From Thalia democratica (taxonomy: Eukaryota), in contig OZ241832.1 of NCBI GenBank assembly GCA_965202585.1, positions 46,128,001 to 46,192,000 of the forward strand: a stretch of DNA of 64,000 nt, given 5' to 3'. Position 1 is the stretch's first letter. Every line of letters starts with the position of its first letter. A program made the position numbers and the translations under genes. Under the pieces are notes generated by a model, which did not search any database, was not told the DNA's origin, and was given only the letters and a program-made list of their open reading frames with translations. Below are positions 49,595-62,946 of this stretch, one piece after another.

Positions 49595-52500
49595 TACAAC
49601 AGACATTATTAAAATTAAAGATGAGTTAGCATCAAAAAACTTAACAAAAGGACTTTATTTACTTAAATTTTATTTTTCGTGCTTAACTTTTCTAAACTAT
49701 AGACAGTTTTAGTTTTCAAAAACTACATAACTTGAAGTTTAAATACTAATTTTTTCAAAACCTATATTTAAAAAATGTCTTTAAAACACTATTGTTTTAC
49801 ATTATAACATAAAAATGTTTAACGGGGTACCGTAGATTTATTGAGTTAATATTTTTTTATTGATTCAACTGTACTAGTTTGTAAATAATCAGCACACTTC
49901 AAAATATATTTTAGTAACAATTTAAAACCTAACTTTGTAAAAATTTGTTTGTTTTTATGTGATACTAACTACAAATATAGGTTAACGCTAACATAACAAG
50001 TTTAACTATTATTTAATTTACAGTTAGTTCTTACATAAAAGTTATTGATTTTCCACCTTCTTATAAAGTTATATTGTTAAATAGAGACTTCGTATTTAAA
50101 GGTGTATACTGACATTTCCCACCCTCACAATTCCCTACCGCTTAATTACCACCCGGATCAATTCCCAATCAATTTTCAAATTTGAATTAGTATATTGTTG
50201 TACAAGTTAAAAACTTTAATAACAAAAAAACACACATTAAACTAACTTTTGAAAACTTAAAAAAATTTAATACGAAAGGAACTCAAATTAAAATTGTAGT
50301 TTTTATTCTTCATAAAAACCACTAAATAATAAATTTAGTGATGAAAAGCATGGTTCTTTAATTTAGAGTTTTTGAAAATAAAATTGTTATTATTACTTGT
50401 TTTATCGTTTTTTTAGTCTAATGAAGGTTTTCTTTATTGATTAATACGGAAATTTTAAATAGTTACGAATCACAGGTAAAATAAAATTGGCCTGTTACTT
50501 GTAAAAGGATTTTATGGCTTGTAAAACTAAGTCAGACTTTAGATAAAGCACATTTAAGTTTTTAGTATCGGAACTATTTTTTATAATGGTAACTGATTTA
50601 TGTCCAATTAAATCTACTTTTGTACGAGTTTAAACAATTCACACTCAATAAAACTTAAGTTTTTATTATTCAGTTAATCAATAAAATAATTTAGTACTGT
50701 ACAACATAGTTTTCTTTTATGAATACTATAGAACTTAAGTTGATACTATTGCTCTGTCCTCTTGATCTATATCAGGCACGTAGCTTGGTACGTATCTGCA
50801 AATCTACAGAAACGTAAACATTTGTGCGAAAAAATTCGCTTTTCTTTCGATCATTCAGCTTTTAAGACCTTGTTTCTTTAGCTTTAAGTAATCGTTTATA
50901 CTTAGTTTTGCACTCCTGAGAGATAATTTTTATTTTTACGTTGCTCTCTAGCACTTTTATTGTCGTAAATATTGAACAAATTGAATACATCTAAATTGTA
51001 TACAAATTGGTTGGTGTAGATTTCTGTTATCAAATAGCAAACTATTGTAAAAAAATCCATTTAAAACCTGTAGATTTGGTTAAAATGATGTGAGAAAATA
51101 AAAAAAGTAAGTGTGAGAGAGTATCTTGTACTATTAAAATGTTTGTGGTGAGTTAAAAAGAACTTAAATTTTTTGAAATATACATATTTTTGTGTTACAA
51201 AAGAGCAAATATAGATAGAAGATATAACAAGATTAAAGTAGATGAACCTCAAAGTAAACTAACATGAAGAATTAACTTTTGTTTTAAATCAAATTGACTC
51301 TCTGAGTTGAATGTTTTAAGATTAAATCCGGCTTAGTTTTCTTAAGCTGCAAGCTTAAATTAGTAAAGTTTTAGACAAGGACAAGTGTTTTTTTTCATCT
51401 CAAGCTCAAGCAAAGTTTTATTATTTTATTTCCAGCCAGCTTTGTTAACCGTAAAACCCATGAAGTATGTTTAACTTGATTACATTTTAAACTATGCTGA
51501 TTTGTAAAACAAAACCGAAAAATGCACAAGTATTCGTTTTGTGTGATTTTACTAGTTATCATTACCTTAAATTTACTCATAATAAAATGGGTAGAACTAG
51601 AAAATTTAATTACACCATCTAATTCAATTTAACTACTTAAGTTTTAAGTTTGTTCTTGCACATACTAGTCACTTACCTTCTCAAAAACGCGCTGAACATA
51701 CAAAAAGTTACAAACATATCAAAAGTTACAAACAAAAGTTTAAAAGCAAGTAGGTTTATTTTAAAAAGTGCCAATAAGTTTATGTAAAAAGAAAGTAGTT
51801 ACACAGTAAAAAGTATTTGAAATAACTTTTCCAAACTGTTTGTTTTAGTTTTTCAACAACGTTTTATCTGTTATACTCGAAACTGAACTAAGACTTTTCT
51901 TTGCAGATTTTACAAATAGATTTGATCGTAACTTTCCAAAGCAAGATAAACCTATTTACATTTAAATAAACATCAGTACTGTTCATAGAAATTTTGCAAG
52001 ACCAAAAGCAATACGAAGTTATTAAAAAGTTTCTTATCAATGCTTATTACGAGAAGAAAAGTCTTACGTAAAAAAAGATGTTAGGATTTTTTTTTAAGCA
52101 GTATTAAAAAAGGGTCGTTCCTAAACAAAAAAAAGTTAAAAAATCAAACAGTATTCAAGCAATATTCTTTCGAAACTCATTTGAGAACCTTAATGTTTAG
52201 ATAAACTTTCGTGTACAATCAGTACTTAAAAGGCTGCAATGTGTTTAACAAAGTAAATGTTTTTGAGAGTAATACAGTTAAAGTTTATTATTCCAAAGTT
52301 TGTTTCGTCGTTTCAAAACTAGATAACACAAATTAAAACATCTTCACTGCATGTTTTGAAGCATCGTTAACTGATCAAAGAAACAAAACTACAATTCAAG
52401 TAAAATAAATATGACTTGACCAAATAATGAAGCAGTATGATCGAAGAAGTGTATACGTTTTAAGTTAAAGTATGTTTAACTTAATTACAACTGCTTAACT

Positions 52501-53189
52501 ACTTAAAGTAGCTTCTAAGTGTACTAAAAACTAGATTCATCACAATGTTCTGCACAATGTAGGCAGTTGACTAAGTTTTTTGCTATGGTTAATCTTAAAA
52601 AGATTGCTAAACCATTACTAGTTATCTCTGACTTGGTATTAATGTTAATCCAAGCTCATTATAAACAAGTTATATTTTATTCTCAGGTGTTTCGAACACT
52701 TCTGTTGTAACAACAGCATTTAAGTTTGTAAAAACATGACCAATTTTTTTTATTTATTGCTGTGTCTTTTTCTTTTAATTTAAGATATTTTCTTATCTCA
52801 AACTTGTACATTGCTTAATCACTTATACTATCGTAGAACTTGTACAAACAAACTTAAGTAGTCTTAAACTACATATGCTTTTTAGTTTAGCTAATTAGTT
52901 ATTTTGTATGTAGTATAAAACTAGTTAATTTCTGTCTTATAATGTTGCTATGTCGTTACACTGTAATGATATTGTGTACTCTAACAACTAAATATCAATC
53001 AATAGCTGAATAGTTTTATGAAGCTTGAAGCTAAGAAAAAAATGTGAAAAGTAAAGACTAGAAAGGCTTAATTTATTTTTATTAGTTAGAACAAAGTGGG
53101 CTCTAAACATAAGAAACACTTAAGCTAACAATCTACAAGTTTCAAACAGCTTATTTGTTTATGATCGCTTTTATAATTCGCTGCTAGAC

Positions 53190-53300
53190 GCCTACGACCA
53201 TACCACACTGAACGCACCCCATCTCGTCCGATCTGGGAAGTTAAGCAGTGTCTTAGTACTTGATGGGTGACCGCTTGGGAATACCGCGTGCCGTAGGCTT
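53190..53300 (+). rRNA. 5S: 5S rRNA copy with an internal deletion (probable pseudogene), unit 1
   Basis: GCCTACGACC...GTAGGCTT followed by a T-run; 111 nt; lacks about 8 nt (canonical 64-71) and one G in box C. Confidence 0.9.
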
Positions 53301-53389
53301 TTCTTTTTGAGCTGTTGTATGTTGGACCAATGATTCATACCGATCATATACATTTTTCGTTTATCTTAAACTTATCTTACTTTAAAAAA

Positions 53390-56300
53390 ACATAACTTAA
53401 AACAAACAGTTACAGCAGTTTTGAGTCATCAAGTGTGTCATACATAGTGTTCAATTGAGTTACAAAGCTGTATACTTCTTTTCCTTTGCATAACGTTTCA
53501 GCTGTTAGTATTTTTATGTATTGATGTTTTTATTTGAAAAATCCGTAAGCTACTAAGTTCAAAAAAAAGTCTAGGGTTTGTAAAACGAAAGATTTAATGA
53601 TGGTTGTACTGAAACTGTATGCTTTTGATTGTCTTTTTTTTGTTTTGAACAATCACAGTTGTTTACATTTATTTGTTGTATAACTTTGAAACTGTTTTTT
53701 ATATTAAGTTTTAAATTGAATTTCAACAAACATAGTTAATATAACTTTTTTAATAAAACCTCAAATGATCAAGTATTTTTAATAAGTTTGTTTAAAGTAT
53801 AAAATAAAAACAAACTGTTTTATTTTCATTTCAAAATATAATTGTTACTTATAGTGACGTAGGACAAATTTTTAAAAACAAACTAAGTAGTTATTTAATG
53901 AAAAAAAAAACAAGTATACAAAGTAAGCGTATATGAGAATAAGTTTTGTGCAAATAAAGAAGTTTTTAAGAAAAAGCCTACGGACAACACACTGAAGTTA
54001 GTTGAAGCTTTTTATGAAACATTCAATTATAACTGATTTATAAAACTTGTTCAACGATTTAAACAATACTTTCAAAACATAACTAGCTCCTTTCTCAAAG
54101 TAGTTGAAAATGGTCAGATAAAATTACAAAAGCAATTATAAGGAGCTCAAAAAACGTTATGTAGAAGTAAAATGTTTCATTCAACTAGCTCTAACTCTTA
54201 CTTTTGATCTTTTACCAACACAAAGTTGTTAAAATTGTACACATATTTTGTTTAGTTAATGGTAGTTTAATACTGCTTAGTAGAAATTAAAAGCTAGTTT
54301 TACAAATAGGTAGATTACCATTGATTTATAAAAAAGCATAGTAAAAAAAAAATGTTAAAGCCGTTTTAAGCTATCAAATTGTATTATATGTGGTTTAGAT
54401 AAGTGATATGTACCATAAAAAAGTGATAGAACTAAACGGTAACATTCTGTTACTTCTTTTGTACCAATTGATTTAGTTTGATTTAAATGTTGATGCTTGA
54501 TAAAGCTATAAGCAATGTTAAATCAACTAAACAATGAAGGCGTTTTAAAGTTAAAGATTCTAATTGTTCTTTTTTGTTCATGTTGTAATAAGTTGTATAC
54601 TTGTTGATGTTGTTTTTTGCTTATGTTTTTTATGAGTTTTAAATTGCAATGCATGTTTTCAATTGTGTTTTAGTTGAAGTTTGGTTATAACTTTCTGAAA
54701 CAAAATAAAATAAAGCTGTGAACAACTTGAGTTCAATAAAACAGTTTTAAGCTTTGTAAAAAGATTTTGGTCGTGTTACTTCATGATTGTTGTACTGAGA
54801 TCGCAAGTTTGTTAATGGTTTTCATTTTGACTTGAACATCAACTGTTGTTTACACATGTATATTTTACAACTCTAAACTGTTTTATATAGTTTGAAACAC
54901 ATGCAATAAATAGTAATAAAAAATTCTAGAAGCTATTGATGAGATTTTTTTTAATAATAAACAAAGTTAAGCTTATTTTGTTACTATTTAATGTATTATT
55001 TTCATTTAAAAATATAACATTTTTTTACGATGACGTAGAATTTTTTTTTTTAGATAAACTAAATATTTGTTAGATATTGCAAAAAGAAGTAAACAAAGTA
55101 AGCATAGTGGGAATAAGTATTGTTTAAAAAAAGAACTTAACGAGAAAATTCTATGGACACAAAAATCAAGTTAGTTAAAGCTTTTTGCAAAAGTTTAATT
55201 ACATGTAGCGTAAGAGACTTAAGCGATGCTTTTTAATTGCAACTAGCTCCATCCTCACAAGTAGTTTAAAAATGTCATGTAAGAGAACCAAAACAATTGT
55301 AAGTACAACAAAGTGACTAAAAAATAAAACATAAAAGTAAAACTTTAAGTAAAGTGTGTTATACAAACATTCTATATGACCTTTTACCTTGCTTTTGGGC
55401 TTTCACCAGCACACGGAACATTAAGTTTGGTACATTTTTGTCGTTTAGTTAGAGCTTGTTTAACATTGCTTAGTGGGCATTAGTAAGTGGTTAAATTAAG
55501 TGGTGGTCCTGATAACTTTACATTTATAACAAAAATAACTAATGACAAACTGTTTAAGTCGTTTTAAGTCATCAAGTTGTCTCACATGTAGTTGTAACAA
55601 GTAACACAAATGAATGGTAAGAATATGTTACTTCTTTTCCTGTGTACCATGTTTCAGCTAATGAATTGGTTTGTTTCATATGTTTGACTAGTTAAGCAAC
55701 CTAATAAATAGATGTCGTCTTTGGAAAATTATAGTTTTAGGTATACACTTTCATCATTTATTTAAGCTGTTTTTGTTTTGGTCAATTGTGTGCTTGTTGA
55801 TAGTATTATGTTTCTTTTGAACAATCGATGTTGTTTACATTTATGTATTGTAATGTATGAATTTTGAATAGCTATGCATGTTTTTGGTTGTAATTGAACA
55901 ATACTTTTTATGGAACGTTAACACTTTTTCGCTATTAACAGTTGAAAACATTTTCTATTAATAATTCAGTGAAGTTTTATTCTTATTATTTTCATTAAAA
56001 AATATAACTAGTTTTTACAGTGACGTAGCATAACTTTATTTTAATAAACTAGAAAACAAATAATTATTGAATGATAAACGAACAAAAGTCCACAAAATAA
56101 GCATGAATAAGAATGAGTTCCTTGATTAAATGAGATAACAAGAAAAAGACCACGAAAAACTCGTTCAAGTTAGTTAAAGATTTTCACTAAGCATTCAAGT
56201 ACCTTAAGCAATGAGTTAAGGATTAGAGCAGTGATCACACTAGTTTCCTTCGTAAAAGTTACATCAAAAACAAAGTAAAAGTGGAGAAATCATAGCAAGC

Positions 56301-57720
56301 TTAACTATTTAATTAACAATGGAAAGCGATAAAATATAAATTTAAAGTGAGATGTGGTGTTCTTGGATCGTTTATAAGCATAAAGTGGATTAAGAATGAA
56401 ATTGTGTGAGTTTAGTAGACATTAGCAGCTTGTATAACTGATTGGTGGTGCACGTAAGCTTTAGACTTATGAAAAGAATGATTACAGTAGTTTTGATTTG
56501 TCTCATGTACAGTTTAAAAACGAGATACAAAAAATTATAACAAGTTTTTTTCTTTGTATCATGTTTTTACGTGTAGTTGTTTTTATTTGAAAAAGCCACT
56601 AACAATTTGAGTTGAACACAACAAGCCTAAGTTTAATACAAATATTTCAATAGTACTGTTAAATTGTTGTTATACTTAAATTGAATGTTTGTTTTGAAAA
56701 AACGCTGTTTTTTACATAAATGAATTGTACAACTTTTAATAATTTTTTAACGGTTTCAGTTGCATTCTTATTAACAAGATTAATACATTTTGAAAACAAA
56801 ATCCAAGTTTAGTTGCTGTAATTGAGTCAGGTAAGTATATATTACTGCAAAGTTGAGTTTTCCTCTCATTGTAATGGAATGTATTATTTTCATTCAAACT
56901 TTTAATTTGATTTTTAAGTGACATAGCTCTACTTCTTTTAATAAACTAAATTCAAAATTTTTAAAATGTTTGAAAAACAAGTCCACAAAGTAGAATGAAT
57001 CAAAATAAGTTTTGTTTAATCAAGAAAATGCCTTTGTTATTTTTACCTAACACTAAAATACTAAATATTATTCAACAGTTTAAGCAATTACTAGCTCTTT
57101 TTCAAAATGAGTTTCATCAAGTAAAAGTAAAAAAAAAACTATAGTAAGTGTAACTAAGTGGTAAGACAGGAAAACAGAGATATTATTAATCATAAGTAAA
57201 CTGTATTATCCAAATATACTAACTGTTAATCCACCGACACAATGTAGATTAAGGTTTGTACATTTTTTTCGTTTTATTAAGGCTTGTTTGACACAGTTTA
57301 GAGATAAATAAGCTAAGTATGTGTTAGCTTTGTAGTTTGGAATAATTAACTGTACTTGAAAATCACACTTGTTATTTTTGTTTTGAACTTTTACTTCCAT
57401 TTTTGTACTTTCAAAAACGTGTTCCACGGTTTCAATCGCATTCAAAATGTTAAGAAGAACACATTTAAAAAGTTAAAGCTCATTGTGTTACTTACAAACA
57501 ACAAAAACTTAAAATGATAACTAAAACTAAGTTTTTTTGTTATAAGTTGAACATAAAGTTTTTTTAAAAACGAATATACTTACTTACTGAATGTTTTAAC
57601 AGAAGTTCAACAAATGAATAAGAAGTAGTTTTCTGTATAAAAAATGTTAAGAAGAAAACAACTTACGGACAACATATTCAAGTTAGTTAAACCTTTTATG
57701 CAAATATTGCCAGTACTATT
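53390..57720. repeat. Four to five diverged subrepeats of about 0.9-1.2 kb in the histone spacer
   Basis: Recurring anchors TGAC(G/A)TAG (about 53855, 55031, 56020, 56918), AAGTTAGTT(A/G)AA (about 53995, 55170, 56168, 57680) and TACTTCTTTT (about 53473, 54450, 55630). Confidence 0.75.
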
Positions 57721-57889
57721 ACTATTTTTTTCATGTTAGATTTATTCCATAATGTAAGAGTTGAGTAGGACAAAACAAAATAGTTTGTCTAGGTATATGC
57801 TTTATATTTTGTATAAATATGTTGGTATTACTGTTAAAGTAATTTTTACTTACAAGTGGTTATCTAATAGCTGGTTTTATTCAAATGGT

Positions 57890-57905
57890 GGTGCTAAAAA
57901 GGACC
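57890..57905 (-). terminator. Histone 3' stem-loop of H2B (one mismatch)
   Basis: Minus strand GGTCCT-TTTT-AGCACC; the other four genes have the AGGACC 3' arm. Confidence 0.85.
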
Positions 57906-57924
57906 GGTTGTTGAGCATTTATTT

Positions 57925-58278
57925 TTAGCTGGTGTATTTGGTAACAGCTTTAGTTCCTTCTGAAACTGCGTGCTTTGACAACTCGCCGGGGAGCAAGAGC
58001 CTGACAGCAGTTTGAATTTCGCGGCTGCTCACAGTTGACCTCTTGTTGTAATGAGCCAAGCGTGAAGCCTCTGCTGCAATGCGCTCGAAGATGTCGTTGA
58101 CAAAAGAGTTCATGATTCCCATCGCCTTGCTGGAGATTCCGGTGTCGGGGTGCACTTGCTTCAAAACTTTGTACACGTAAATGCCAAAGCTTTGTTTGTG
58201 CCTCCTCCTTCGCTTCTTCTTGCCGTCGACCGGAGTGGTCTTGGCTACTGATTTCTTCGCGCCTTTGGTAGCTGTCAT
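57925..58278 (-). CDS. H2B: Histone H2B, 117 aa, shortened by 2 residues by a nonsense codon
   Basis: Histone fold [15 protein letters not shown]...[11 protein letters not shown]; ends AGC TAA AAA TAA. Confidence 0.95.
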   Translation of the reverse strand: MTATKGAKKSVAKTTPVDGKKKRRRRHKQSFGIYVYKVLKQVHPDTGISSKAMGIMNSFVNDIFERIAAEASRLAHYNKRSTVSSREIQTAVRLLLPGELSKHAVSEGTKAVTKYTS

Positions 58279-58391
58279 AATGATGTGTGAACTTGGGTCT
58301 CGGCTCTGGTATATATAGTGAAAATTTATGCAAATTAGCAGTTCTGTACGCGAACGATCGCTTCTCTCGTTTGTCGTAAATTTTCTTAGGT

Positions 58392-58407
58392 GGTCCTGAA
58401 AAGGACC
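58392..58407 (-). terminator. Histone 3' stem-loop of H2A
   Basis: GGTCCT-TTTC-AGGACC followed by ACC. Confidence 0.92.
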
Positions 58408-58421
58408 TGATTTGTTTAAAC

Positions 58422-58802
58422 TTAGGCGGACTTTTTTGAAGCGGTCTTCTTAGGCAATAATACTGCCTGGATGTTTGGAAGAACACCACCTTGAGCAATA
58501 GTGACGCCTCCGAGAAGTTTGTTCAACTCTTCGTCGTTGCGGATAGCTAGTTGCAAATGGCGAGGAATGATCCTGCTTTTCTTGTTGTCACGAGCAGCGT
58601 TACCGGCAAGCTCGAGCACTTCTGCGCTCAAGTACTCGAGAACGGCAGCCAGATAAACTGGAGCACCGGCTCCGACTCTTTGGCTGTAGTTGCCAGTGCG
58701 CAACAGACGGTGCACGCGTCCGACTGGAAACTGCAGTCCTGCGCGAGAAGACCTGCTCTTCGGCTTAGATTTGAGTTTTGATCCTTTACCACGTCCCGAC
58801 AT
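58422..58802 (-). CDS. H2A: Histone H2A, 126 aa
   Basis: MSGRGK...[11 protein letters not shown]...LLPKKT; true start is the ATG at 58802; intronless with a stem-loop. Confidence 0.97.
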   Translation of the reverse strand: MSGRGKGSKLKSKPKSRSSRAGLQFPVGRVHRLLRTGNYSQRVGAGAPVYLAAVLEYLSAEVLELAGNAARDNKKSRIIPRHLQLAIRNDEELNKLLGGVTIAQGGVLPNIQAVLLPKKTASKKSA

Positions 58803-58951
58803 GTTGTTGTTCGAATGATTGTGCAATGTTACTTGCACAGCTGGATATACAACTCAAACCTAACCGCGACGAACGAAAAGCTAATTTGCATAAATCGTAC
58901 CTGCTACTTTAATTTGTCAATGTTTGCAAAATAAATTTTATTGATGTAGGT

Positions 58952-58967
58952 GGTCCTAAAAAGGACC
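58952..58967 (-). terminator. Histone 3' stem-loop of H4
   Basis: GGTCCT-TTTT-AGGACC followed by ACC. Confidence 0.92.
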
Positions 58968-58982
58968 GGGTTCGCAAATTGT

Positions 58983-59357
<375 letters not shown>

Positions 59358-59448
59358 TTACGACAAAACTCATTTGCATACCAAAAAGAAACATCTTTAA
59401 TTTACATTCTTTCGTTTGGTCTTTGTCTCATTTTAAAAGTTTAAAGGT

Positions 59449-59464
59449 GGTCCTGAAAAGGACC
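59449..59464 (-). terminator. Histone 3' stem-loop of H3
   Basis: GGTCCT-TTTC-AGGACC followed by ACC. Confidence 0.92.
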
Positions 59465-59479
59465 GGTTATAGCCAATTC

Positions 59480-59992
<513 letters not shown>

Positions 59993-60040
59993 TTAGTAAC
60001 ATTGTTTGCGTTTTAAATTTTGTTTATACTTTAATTGAGT

Positions 60041-60056
60041 GGTCCTGAAAAGGACC
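60041..60056 (-). terminator. Histone 3' stem-loop of H1
   Basis: GGTCCT-TTTC-AGGACC followed by ACT. Confidence 0.9.
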
Positions 60057-60073
60057 TTGGGTAAAAGAACAAC

Positions 60074-60658
60074 TTATTTCTTGCAGCTCTTCTTGGTACT
60101 TGCCTTCTTAGATGCTTTTTTGGCTGCCGGCTTCTTCTTTGTTACTTTCTTCTTCTTGCTTGCAGCTTTTTTAGATGCTGCCTTCTTAGGAGCACACTTT
60201 TGAGCAGGTCGCTTTTTGGCTGCTGGTTTTTTTGCTGCCTTCTTGGGAGCACACTTCTTCACTCGTTTTTTAACTGCGGTCTTCTTTACTGCTGGCTTTT
60301 TAGTTACTTTTTTTGTCCTCTTCTTGGGACCAGCAGCTGGCATTGGAGCAAGCTTGAACGAGCCAGAAGCGCCTTTTCCAGTAGTCTGGAGAAAAGCACC
60401 CTTGGTCACGCCGCTGGTAAGTGCTCTCTTCAAGTGAGAATTAGAAGCTGAGAGCTCAAGCTTGTAGGTTTCCGCGATAAACTTTTGTATCTTCTGGCGG
60501 GATGTACCTTTTCGTTCTTTCATTGCTCCCAGGGCAGAGCTGATCATTTCCCTGTATGTCGGGTGTTCTGCCTTCTTGGCGCTTGGTCTCTTGGAAGACC
60601 TGGCCTTAACTGCGGCCGGTGCCGCTGCTGTTGGTGCTGCTACTGCTGTTGTAGACAT
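60074..60658 (-). CDS. H1: Linker histone H1, about 194 aa
   Basis: Globular domain HPTYREMI...KGTSRQKIQKFI...GKGASGSFKL plus a Lys/Ala tail; likely start MSTTAVAAP at 60658. Confidence 0.95.
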   Translation of the reverse strand: MSTTAVAAPTAAAPAAVKARSSKRPSAKKAEHPTYREMISSALGAMKERKGTSRQKIQKFIAETYKLELSASNSHLKRALTSGVTKGAFLQTTGKGASGSFKLAPMPAAGPKKRTKKVTKKPAVKKTAVKKRVKKCAPKKAAKKPAAKKRPAQKCAPKKAASKKAASKKKKVTKKKPAAKKASKKASTKKSCKK

Positions 60659-62835
60659 TTTGTATGTTGATAAAAGAAAGCAAAACAATACTTTCAGCAG
60701 TTACTGACTGTGACGAATTGACTGTTGAGCAGTTTTGCTTTCTCAGGTACCTTTTACTGATTAATACGAGCATTAGCGTGTGAGTTTAAAGCCTGTATGC
60801 TAATAAAAGCAAAGTTGCTTTACTACTAATGTTAAAAATGTTCCAGTGATAAAGAAACAAGACTTAGCCCGATCCAGAAGTGAATTTTTTTTTAAAGGTT
60901 AGCTTTAAAGGTCCAGAAAAACAGTCTAAACGCTACAGCACATCTCTCCATTTAGTGAGATAAACCACAAATGAAACAAATTATAATACTACACACCCGG
61001 CTTAGTTTTCTTAAGCTGCAAGCTTAAATTAGTAAAGTTTTAGACAAGGACAAGTGTTTTTATTCATCTCAAGCAAAGTTTTATTATTTTATTTCCAGCC
61101 AGCTTTGTTAACCGTAAAACCCGTGAAGTATGTTTAACTTGATTACATTTTAAACTGTGCTGATTTGTAAAAAAAAACCGAAAAATGCACAAGTATTCGT
61201 TTTGTGTGATTTTACTAGTTATCATTACCTTAAATTTACTCATAATAAAATGGGTAGTACTAAAAAATTTAATTACACCATCTAATTCAATTTAACTACC
61301 TAAGTTTTAAGTTTGTTCTTGCATATACTAGTCACTTACCTTCTCAAAAACGAGCTGAACATATAAAAAGTTACAAACATATCAAAAGTTACAAACAAAA
61401 GTTTAAAAGCAAGTAGGTTTATTTTAAAAAGTGCCGATAAGTTTATGTAAAAAGAAAGTAGTTACACAGTTAAAAGTATTTGAAATAACTTTTCCAAACT
61501 GTTTGTTTTAGTTTTTCAACAACGTTTTATCTGTTATACTCGAAACTGAACTAAGACTTTTCTTTGCAGATTTTACAAATAGATTTGATCGTAACTTTCC
61601 AAAGCAAGATAAACCTATTTACACTTAAATAAACATCAGTACTGTTCATAGAAATTTTGCAAGACCAAAAGCAATACGAAGTTATTAAAAAGTTTCTTAT
61701 CAATGCTTATTACGAGAAGAAAAGTCTTACGTAAAAAAAGATGTTAGGATTATTTTTAAAGCAGTATTAAAAAAGGGTCGTTCCTAAACAAAAAAAAGTT
61801 AAAAAATCAAACAGTATTCAAGCAATAATCTTTCAAAACTCATTTGAAAACCTTAATGTTTAGATAAACTTTCGTGTACAATCAGTACTTAAAAGGTTGC
61901 AATGTGTTTAATGGTTTAGCACGTAAATGTTTTTGAGAGTAATACAGTTAAAGTTTATTATTCCAAAGTTTGTTTCGTCGTTTCAAAACTAGATAACACA
62001 AATTAAAACATCTTCACTGCATATTTTGAAGCATCGTTAACTGATCAAAGAAACTACAATTCAAGTAAAATAAAAATGACTTGACCAAACAATGAAGCAG
62101 TATGATCGAAGAAGTGTATACGTTTATAAGTTAAAGTATGTTTAACTCAATTACAACTGCTTAACTACTAAAAGTAGCTTCTAAGTGTACTAAAAACTAG
62201 ATTCATCACAATGTTCTGCACAACGTAGGCAGTTGACTAAGTGTTTTGCTATGGTTAATTTTAAAAAGATTGCTAAACCATTACTAGTTATCTCTGACTT
62301 GGTATTAATGTTAATCCAAGCTCATTATAAACAAGTTATATTTTGTTCTCAGGTGTTTCGAACACTTTTGTTGTAACAACAGCATTTAAGTTTGTAAAAA
62401 CATGACCAATTTTTTTTATTTATTGCTGTGTCTTTTTCTTTTAATTTAAGAAATTTTCTTATCTCAAACTTGTACATTGCTTAATCACTTATACTATCGT
62501 AGAACTTGTACAAATTCTTAAACTACATATGCTTTTTAGTTTAGCTAATTAGTTATTTTGTATGTAGTATAAAACTAGTTAATTTCTGTCTTATAATGTT
62601 GCTATGTCGTTACACTGTAATGATATTGTGTACTCTAACAACTAAAAATCAATAGCTGAATAGTTTTATGAAGCTTGAAGCTAAGAAAAAAATGTGAAAA
62701 GTAAAGACTAGAAAGGCTTAATTTATTTTTATTAGTTGGACAAAGTGGGCTCTAAACATAAGAAACACTTAAGCAAACAATCTACAAGTTTCAGACAGCA
62801 TATTTGTTTATAATCGCTTTTTTTCGCTGCTAGAC

Positions 62836-62946
62836 GCCTACGACCATACCACACTAAACGCACCCCATCTCGTCCGATCTGGGAAGTTAAGCAGTGTCTT
62901 AGTACTTGATGGGTGACCGCTTGGGAATACCGCGTGCCGTAGGCTT
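62836..62946 (+). rRNA. 5S: 5S rRNA copy with an internal deletion (probable pseudogene), unit 2
   Basis: Same 111-nt sequence and same deletions as 53190-53300, plus G>A at 62856. Confidence 0.9.

Noticed and set aside
50750-50950. Minus-strand SQECKTKYKRLL, reminiscent of a Myb/SANT-like helix
   Set aside because: Short, interrupted by stops and a frameshift, with no supporting TE ends.
53976-53996. GCCTACGGACAACACACTGAA resembles the 5S 5' end, suggesting the spacer subrepeats are dead 5S units
   Set aside because: The flanks do not match the real 5S flanks and the resemblance is lost in the other subrepeats; alignment statistics would be needed to revive it.
58357-58366. ATCGCTTCTC, identical to the U2 snRNA 5' end
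   Set aside because: Only 10 nt; no branch-recognition or Sm region follows, and it lies in the H2B promoter. No U1, U2, tRNA or SL gene was recognised in the unit.
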